64,000 nucleotides of DNA from Octopus bimaculoides (taxonomy: Eukaryota), in NCBI RefSeq assembly GCF_001194135.2, contig NC_068999.1:51333909-51397908 (forward strand). The letters are read 5' to 3'. The translations under genes and the position numbers were made by a program. This document shows positions 55,153 to 64,000 of this stretch, in pieces (the first letter of the stretch is position 1; every line of letters begins with the position of its first letter). A model generated the notes under the pieces. It was given only the letters and a program-made list of their open reading frames with translations. It searched no databases and was not told the DNA's origin.

Positions 55153-56231
55153 GAGAATTTGCGATGTTTTTCATCCGTATTCTCTTGTTTTCATTCTATT
55201 TCTTTTTAGTAGACTAATAGCCTATAAGGTTCAAGTGCCTTTTTTTATATTTTATCAGTGTTTTTCGTCGATGCTTGAACATTTTAGTCAGTTCTTCCGG
55301 CTAAAATTGCACTACTCGTTTCCCTGCTATAAAACTTCCAACAAAATGTAAAGTAGATAACTTTTCTCATTTCCTTGAATACGAATACATCGAATCTTCA
55401 GTGGAACATGTTTACAACCAAAGCATTTTGAGAACCAATTAACGGACTTTAATGAATAAATGACCATATAGGAATGGTATATAGTAATACTTCATAGATT
55501 ATGTTATAATATTGCTATTTTCACTTGCGATTTTTCGGTTGCTATTTTTCGGTTGCTCTATCCAGATCTTTGTTCTTCATTTTGCTTTTGATGTTTGAAC
55601 TTGATCTGGCCTGATTAAGTAGACTTGGGACAAACAGTGTTTCAGCGGTAAACACTGTGCTTTTTGTTGACAACTATGAATATGCTTTCCAATACGGCCT
55701 TTCTTTTTCTTAAGACGTTTAGTCGTGAGTAGAGTGAGATCAAGTTGCCATCTTGTAACAGCATGACAGGCCAAGGAATCGTATGGCGTCTACAAAGATG
55801 ACATATGGAAAATGTTTATGTATACTGTGCATTTTGCGTCTAGAATGCATTTTATGTGTGAGCCCTTTCGCTAATTAACTTCTCATATACAGTTGTTCAG
55901 GGCTATTGTGTATAGAGGAATTGTCTCCTGAGGCTAAATTACAGCAACATTAGTCCTAAACCAGAACTGCCATGTTATTTTGGCAAACAATCTTTACTAC
56001 ACGATACAAATTAGTTGATATTTTTTTCGAGCGAAGAATTGCCATTAGAACAGCAAAAATTACCCTTACAGTAAATTACCCTTACAAAGCGGGAAAATTT
56101 GTTTGTTTATTTTTGTACACATTGTCCTAACATTATTATTATTATTACTCTTATCATAATCATTGCTGTTATAAGCTACCACCTTTCTTTCTTTCGTTGC
56201 TAAATTACGTTTATGCTTGTTGTAAATATTA

Positions 56232-56279
<48 letters not shown>

Positions 56280-56294
56280 CATTATTATTATTAC

Positions 56295-56325
<31 letters not shown>

Positions 56326-56554
56326 GCTGTAACTGCTGCTGTTGATGTTATTATCGTCATCGTCATCATCATAATCGTCATCATCATCATCATAATCGTC
56401 ATCATCATGATCGTCATCATCATCATCACAACTGCCACCACCATTATGCTTGTCATCGTTATTATTTGTTTTTATCCTTGTATCCCTTCTCTCCAACACC
56501 CACTTACCCTAGTTTTCTACATTTCCACCTCTCTCTCTGTCTGTCTCTCAGTCT

Positions 56555-56606
<52 letters not shown>

Positions 56607-57209
56607 CGCACACACACAAACACATGCACAAACCTATACACTCGCGCAAACACACACACAGTTACACAAACACATGCAATCGCGCAAACACACACACGCA
56701 TTTCTCCTATGATATTTGTAAATTAGACCAACATAACAGAAACTTCAGATCTAATTAAGAAATTATAGGTTGTATTCGAAATGAAAAAAATCCTCACAAA
56801 ATGAGAGGATATTACGAAACTAAATTGAGAAAAGCAAAGCCTTACTTTTTATTTTACTTTATTTTATTTCATTTCATTTCAATGATGTGTATTTTAATTT
56901 TACTTTTATTTTAACAAAGGTCCTTTGGGAATAGCTGAGACCTTTAATTTATAAAGTTTACATGTCCCCTAATAAAACCCCTTCAGCAACACTGAGAAAT
57001 CAGTATTGCACAAACGCTACATGATGATTTGTAACATTTTCCCACATATGTCAGCATATGCTGTAATCTAGAAGCTTTCCTCATAAATCATTCACTGGTT
57101 GTTAAAGATGACCTCTGTAATACTGCAGCCACCGCCGTCACCATTACTACCACTAAATAGCGAACGAGGGAGTATCTACACAGTTTGTAAACATGCAAAA
57201 GCAAATAAG

Positions 57210-57264
<55 letters not shown>

Positions 57265-57302
57265 CTGTTTCAATCTTTTTAGTGTAGTGGCGCTGGACAG
57301 CT

Positions 57303-57540
57303 TCAAGCTCCGCTGTTAGTTTGGTAATAGTAGTCCAGGCGGCTGAGAACAAAGGTTCTCCACAGGTTCAACATAGTTCCTTGGTTTCTCGTTTTCAAGG
57401 ACCTCAGTATCCATCGTCTCAGTTGACTGCACTTTGCTGCCATTTTGGTAACGTGCATATAAAATGATGCATCATTGCACATACTGATGCCCAAGTCGAT
57501 ACTAATCATGCTACTGAGAGATGCCACTAAACAGCAACAA
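57303..57540 (-). mobile_element. CR1/L2(Crack/Daphne)-like LINE fragment, RT C-terminal region
   Basis: DLGISMCNDASFYMHVTKMAAKCSQLRRWILRSLKTRNQGTMLNLWRTFVLSRLDY matches the DLG+...L.F..H+......A......I.R.F..R....+..L+...V..+L+Y pattern. Confidence 0.8.
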
Positions 57541-58331
57541 TTGCAGGAACAAAAACAAGATTATTAACAACATGGCAGCACAAAACTACATTTCCTATTA
57601 ACTCACTCTTATACTGACATAGCACAACGTTTGTCACGAACGTTACTGGAAGCCAATAACCACTTCCACGACAGGCAAAAGTCGATGATATCGCCACGTT
57701 ATAATTCTATCTAACATCACATATGTCATTGTTACAACGTCCATCATCCAAAGAGCAAAATCGACCACTGCAGCAATGGCGACTACGACGACGACAGTGA
57801 TGTTGAAAATCATGATGGTGGTGGTGAGAGCGGTGGTGAGGGTGATACTGATTATGGTGGTGGTAGTGTTGTTGTTGTTGTTGTTGCTGGTGGTGGTGGT
57901 GGTGGTGGTGGTGATGGTGGTGGTGGTGGTCCTGGTGGTGCTGGTGCTGGTGATGTCGTTCATCACGGTGATGCCAATTATTTTTTTATGAGAGCATAAA
58001 AGCAAAAGAAACAGAAAGAAATAGAAAATACAAGAAACAAGAATTGAAAGAGATATCTAAAAGCGTAATGATGGCGGTGGAATGTAGAGAAGTGAAAGAG
58101 GAAGAAGAGAAGGAAGAATCATGCAATTTGGTAATCACGAAATGAATCTAAGATCTAATCAAGAGCAACAAGTAATTAAGGTTGACTTGTTTTTATCTTG
58201 TTTAAACAAATGTTTTAATCTTTTTTGTGTGTATATTTTTTTTAGATGTTTTTATTTGGGGAGAGGGTATCATCATTATTAGTCATGTTATTAGCGAGAT
58301 GACATTCATGGGGTAGAAGACAAGATGATGA

Positions 58332-58373
<42 letters not shown>

Positions 58374-59029
58374 CTGTTGTTGTTTTGGCTGCAGCAGCAG
58401 ATGCTGTGAATGTGATTTCAAAATATTTGGCAGAAGGGCAAATATGTGATGGCTTGAGAAGCGTTGTCGATAAATAAACCCCTGTCGAAATTACTGGTAC
58501 AAAAACCCTTAATTGAACGCGGTTAATTAACCCCTTTTAATGTGCTGTGATGATTGAAATAGTGTTAACGGAGTGCAAAAATATTTTTAAAATTGCTATT
58601 TACCCATCTCATTGTTTGGTTTTTTTTTCTTTTAAAAAATTCTTTTTCAATTTTCTCCTTTGCTACCTACAACAAAAATGAAAACAAGTTCAAACATAAA
58701 CTTATTGTTCGATCCATCCTCTTTCTCGAGCCACTGTTCCGGGGAGAGTTGTGGGGATGGTGGGTAGTGTTCTCAGTCACATCCTCCATTGCATCCTATG
58801 AGAAGCAGTCGCCATTACGCTTTCCGGTTGGATCCCCAAGTGAGACAAACTGAAACTATAGGTTTTATCCAACCATCTCGCTCTTACTCTAACCCTAGGT
58901 CTCCTGCTGGGTTTCTTGACTTGAAGAATCCATCCTGTGACTGTTTACTAACATGCTAATCACATGTCTGTAGTTGCATACCTGTGACCTCTCGATGCGG
59001 AGAAGTAGCGTTGTTCTAATATTGTTCAA

Positions 59030-60522
59030 GAAAAATTTATAAAAAGAATACTAGGCGTTCTTGGCCTTTCTCTTGTTTTTATATTATTTCCCGTAGCAAC
59101 TCACTGCATTATCAATTAATCGGTGAGCCTGAATACTTCTTTCGAGATTTGGGTGTAAATGTATAAATTGTTGCTGTAACTCTCCGGTAGTGCAAAAGAT
59201 TTATTGAAACTGTAACAAATTAATTTCTCCTTTTGGCATACTTCCTTATTCTGCGCATTCGTGCTTGTATTCTTATGTACGTTCTGTCAATAATAATGAA
59301 ATCAGTATCGTTGAAGTCTTCACGGCGCTGACCCAACAATTCTTGCAGATTTGCTAAGTCTACTTCATCGAAGTGCAATGCATGTCCAATGATAACATTC
59401 TCATTAACACTTATGGTGTAAATCATTGAAAATGTTTCGCAAAGTACGTCAAAAGTTCTTCCTACACGACAACCATATTACTCGACATCGTTCGCCGCCA
59501 TGGCCTTCGAATGTTTTTAACTGGATTTCAAATGCTGAATTTCCTCCAGAGATCAACCAAAGAACCGGAGTTTTCCCTTGAATAAGCTTTTGCATTGAGT
59601 TGTTCTTCCGAAATTAACTTTGAGCGTTGCAATTTCCACGCGATTCATAGGCTATAAAAAGGAACGTCATATTACGGAGTAAAACCACGATATTCTCATT
59701 TTTGGACAAGTCACTTATAGCAGGATGAATGCTGGGAGCGTTATCCAAAAGCGACAAAGCTTTAAAAGAAACAAGATTATTTTCGAAAAGCGGCTTCATC
59801 ACTCGCGCTTTTTTATTTGATCACCAACTCACCAACAATGCTTGCTTGCAGTAGCCTCTGAGTACTCTTGAAGTTTGTGTAATTACCATTGGCCTAAGTT
59901 TCAAATTACCATCGGCATCTCCCATTTACATTGTAATTTTGTCTTTTTACACGTTTTGCCAGGAGTAGTATTTTTTTTCTTTAATAAGACAATTTTTTTA
60001 TGGGCATACGCTTCCAAAAGAAACCAATCTCATCAACATTGAAGATTTACCGGTCATCATGGCCTTCCTCTTCAATAAGCCTTTGAAATTTTATTGTAAT
60101 TTTTTTTGTAGCTTCTTTATCAACGCAGGCGGATTTGTCTTGAATTTTTACAGAATATAATCTGGTCGGCTTTTTGAAAGTTTAAACCACCAAGAGCTAC
60201 CTATCACTTTTTGTTTCTGTTTGTTTATTGTCTCCTTTCAAAGTAAAGAACAGGCTGAAAGCTTTCGAGTTAATTACATTGCCATCGAAACTGAAGTCAT
60301 CAATCCTTTTTCCTTGTAATCTTCAACATGTAAAATCTTTGTGTACTGTTGCTTCATTCAATCCAAACGAACGAGTGTTTTCTGGCTTTCTAACACCGTT
60401 ATCACAAATTTTAATTATTTCGAGTTTCTTTTCTGAAGCAGAAGCCTTTAATTCAGTCATCCTCGCCTTTATTTTTTTTCCCCTTTCATTCTTTGTTAAT
60501 GTTAGTGGGGGGGGGGGGTCAT
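59030..60522 (-). mobile_element. pogo/Tigger-family transposase, near full-length, pseudogenised
   Basis: In order: N-terminal HTH (EKKLEIIKICDNG...RSFGLNEATV), IEEEGHDDR*IFNVDEIGFFWKRMP (first catalytic D), KALSLLDNAPSIHP...ENIVVLLRNMT (DN motif), LVDLWRKFSI..VKNI, LHFDEVDLANLQELLGQRREDF, and a terminal EK..QERLVFFF. Multiple stops and frameshifts; no TIRs found. Confidence 0.9.
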
Positions 60523-60617
60523 TAAAACATTACAAATAAGAAGAAACCGTATGCGACGTCGCGATGAGAAAGGAGAAAACCAGAAAGAATGAGGACTTCT
60601 GCCGCCGGCTACCAGTC

Positions 60618-60631
60618 GTTGCTATAGCAAC
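60618..60631. promoter_or_regulatory. Perfect palindromic RFX X-box-like motif GTTGCTATAGCAAC
   Basis: Fits the X-box consensus GTTGCY-AT-RGCAAC; about 95 bp upstream of the Tigger ATG at 60522 (minus strand). Confidence 0.4.
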
Positions 60632-60862
60632 AGAATACGCACACTTAAAATTTAAATTTTAAAAGAGATTTAAATTTTTAAATTTAAAATCCTGATTTCG
60701 TTTCTAGCATAATTTTATTCAGCCTCTTGTATAGAATTTACTTCGTGTTAAATAAAACACGTTAGAACGTATGAACTGCGTAAACTTGGCAACGCATTAA
60801 TCGAATCCCTGATAAGCTAGGGACTCCTTGTTAGACCAGTATTTTGTCTAAGCTAGAAAATT

Positions 60863-60910
<48 letters not shown>

Positions 60911-61539
60911 CTAGTACAGCTGAATTTCTCCCGACCTGGTGGTCTAATAGCCAAGCTCGGTAAATGTTGTCGACTGTATTTTTGTTAAATCTACAGCTTT
61001 AAATCTGCCCAGAGTTGACTCCATTCGATGTTCCCCATTGATGACGGCTAAGGAGCTAGAAACAGTGCGTTTAGACTTTCTCAGCATGCCGAGACCTGGA
61101 AACGAATCTCATCCTTCTTGATCAGAAACAAAATTTTTAACTACATGGAGTGTAAAACCAGAAACTACAGATCCGCCTAAAAAATATTTTATTACAACAT
61201 AACCTTGTGTCATTACGCCCTATTAAGAATTCTTCTTCATAGATAACTTTTTATTTGTGGATTAAAAAGGATTTTAGTTAAGATATTTCTATTAATATTG
61301 GAAGAATTGGGATATCTCAAAGAAGCCTTTGACTGATAAGGATGAACATACTTCTTGATGATATCATGCATAAGCACTGGATTCCTGTATTTTATTAGTT
61401 TTAAGAACCTTAAGATTTTAGTAGAAATAGAAAAAAGATAATGCCTGCATAAGCGATAGAAAATAATATATTTTAAGAGAAATAAATGTGTGTGAGTGCA
61501 TGTGCCCCTGAGTATACATATATATACACACACATACAT

Positions 61540-61551
61540 ATACGCATATAC

Positions 61552-61619
<68 letters not shown>

Positions 61620-61860
61620 GCATATATGTGTATCTTTATACATGCATATATATATATATGTATGTGTGTGTGTAATATATATATATTATATATATAAATA
61701 TATAAATATATACGTACACATTTGTATACCAATATATAGACATATATATTCATATATCTATATGTATATATATATGTATGTATGTATGCATGTATGTATG
61801 TATGTATGTATGTATGCATGTATGTATGTATGTATGTATGTATATATTGATCATACATAT

Positions 61861-61908
<48 letters not shown>

Positions 61909-61910
61909 CA
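61540..61910. repeat. (TA)n/(TATG)n low-complexity block
   Basis: Direct reading. Confidence 0.9.
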
Positions 61911-62801
61911 CCAAAAGATATGTATGTACGTGTGTGTATGTGTGTGTGTGAGAGAGGCGGAGAGAGAGAGTATATATATGTATGTATAGAGAGAGAGCAG
62001 TTAGAGTAGGAAGCATAAACAGGTAGATATTTCCGCTGACTGACAAGTATTAATATCACGAATGGTTTATTTACTTATAACTGCTTATAATTCTGTAAAG
62101 TTGAAAAAAAATTTCTTTCCAAGCAGCCTACAATATTAGCTTCACACACATTTCCCTCTGACTCAATTTGCCAAATCCAATATATATTTACCTCCTAACT
62201 GAATTTCTAATATGAAACGTTTTAGAAACGTCTTCCATTTTGTTTGTTTGCTTTTGTCTGTTTGGGTGTTTTTTCTCTATTTTGGCGCCTTCTTTTTAGA
62301 CTCTCTATCTTCCTTGCTTTTATATCTCAGTGCTGCTTCCTTTTTCTCCTTCAGACATTTCTTGAAGCACAGAAACATGTCGACATATCCTAGAGCTATT
62401 TATGAAGTAATGTTCATCCCCCCCCCCGCCCCCGTAACCACCGCCATCACTACCACCATCAGCACCATCGACACCTCCATCTTGTTGTTGCAAGCGTTGT
62501 TGTAAGCTGTTATCTCGTTAAATGCATGTTGATTTTTTTTTTCATGTTTTTATATTCTTAATGTTCACCTCGTGGCTTCCATAATTATTTGCTGCTACTG
62601 CAACGACGATGACTACTACTACAACTACTGCTGCTACTGTTACTGTTTCATCTTCTTCTACTTTCTCTTCTTCTTCTTCTTCTTCGTCTTCGTCTTCTTC
62701 TTCTTTTTCTTCTTCTTCTTCTTCTTCTACAACAACAACTACTACCACTACTACTACTAATAAAATTATTGTTCATATGAATATTATTATCATTATTATT
62801 A

Positions 62802-62866
<65 letters not shown>

Positions 62867-62884
62867 TTATTACTATCATTATTC

Positions 62885-62923
<39 letters not shown>

Positions 62924-63139
62924 NNNNNNNNNNNNNNNNNNNNNNNNNNNNNNNNNNNNNNNNNNNNNNNNNNNNNNNNNNNNNNNNNNNNNNNNNNNNN
63001 NNNNNNNNNNNNNNNNNNNNNNNNNNNNNNNNNNNNNNNNNNNNNNNNNNNNNNNNNNNNNNNNNNNNNNNNNNNNNNNNNNNNNNNNNNNNNNNNNNNN
63101 NNNNNNNNNNNNNNNNNNNNNNNNNNNNNNNNNNNNNNN

Positions 63140-63182
<43 letters not shown>

Positions 63183-63677
63183 CACATATATGAATATATA
63201 CTGATACGGTTCGGTGCATCCATCCTCTTTGTGATACTCACATTCTTTAAAATACTTTAAAATCTTCAGGCTTTTATACGTTTCCTTCAATAATTTTCTT
63301 TGCGGGTGGCAGGATCTTATTCCTCTTGATCTTTCAATTCCTGATGTGTCAGTTCTTCAGTTTGGTACTGATAATGGTCCTGACATTTTTTCTTGTCATC
63401 AAGGTTATTTAAGAGACGAAGGGAGATAATGAGGGAGTTCGATTTATGTGACTTCCAATTGCTTTTCTGAATCGAATACCGTCTGTAGATTGTCGCTCAT
63501 CGATTTCCCCTCCTGTTGCTTATAGGTTGGCATTCAAAATATTTCATTCACACGAGCACACGCATACACAGTTGTGTCTATGTGTATGTATATATATATG
63601 AGGTTTTGAGTGTGTGATTGTGTGTTCTATATGTCTCTACTGTATGTGCATCAGTGAGAAATGGTTTGCTTGTATGA

Positions 63678-63712
<35 letters not shown>

Positions 63713-63782
63713 TGTATGTACGTATGTGTGTGTACATGTGTGTGTACATGTGTGTGTACATGTGTGTGTGTGTGAATTGTCT

Positions 63783-63814
<32 letters not shown>

Positions 63815-63927
63815 CTTAGTGTGAGTGTTTTTATACCCATATATACATATATATATATATGGTAATGTAAGTTAATTATGTTTTGTCTCTACTAAGAAAA
63901 TACACACGCACACACACACACACAGAG

Positions 63928-64000
<73 letters not shown>

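Overview
AT-rich, gap-ridden eukaryotic genomic DNA made almost entirely of microsatellites, SINEs and decayed transposons. The SINE families and extreme simple-repeat density point to an octopus/cephalopod genome (inference). I recognise no intact host protein-coding gene. Nearly all ORFs in the track are microsatellite or N-gap artefacts. The genuinely protein-derived segments are transposon relics: a Penelope RT/GIY-YIG element (15.75-16.56 kb), three R4/Dong-type non-LTR fragments (30.1, 32.7 and 54 kb), an RTE-like and a CR1/L2-like LINE fragment, and a near-full-length but degenerate pogo/Tigger transposase (59.0-60.5 kb). There are also Tigger-like and mariner-like MITEs and more than 10 tRNA-derived SINE copies. 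The window is probably intergenic or a large intron, with a few candidate micro-exons on the + strand. The most notable structures that TE annotation does not explain are: a dense cluster of nuclear-receptor half-sites/DR1 elements (44.33-44.44 kb); three SINEs separated by the same 17-bp motif (13.85-14.52 kb); a perfect RFX X-box upstream of the Tigger ORF; and a fold-back (CTA)n/(TAG)n palindrome. I see no evidence for a novel multi-gene system.
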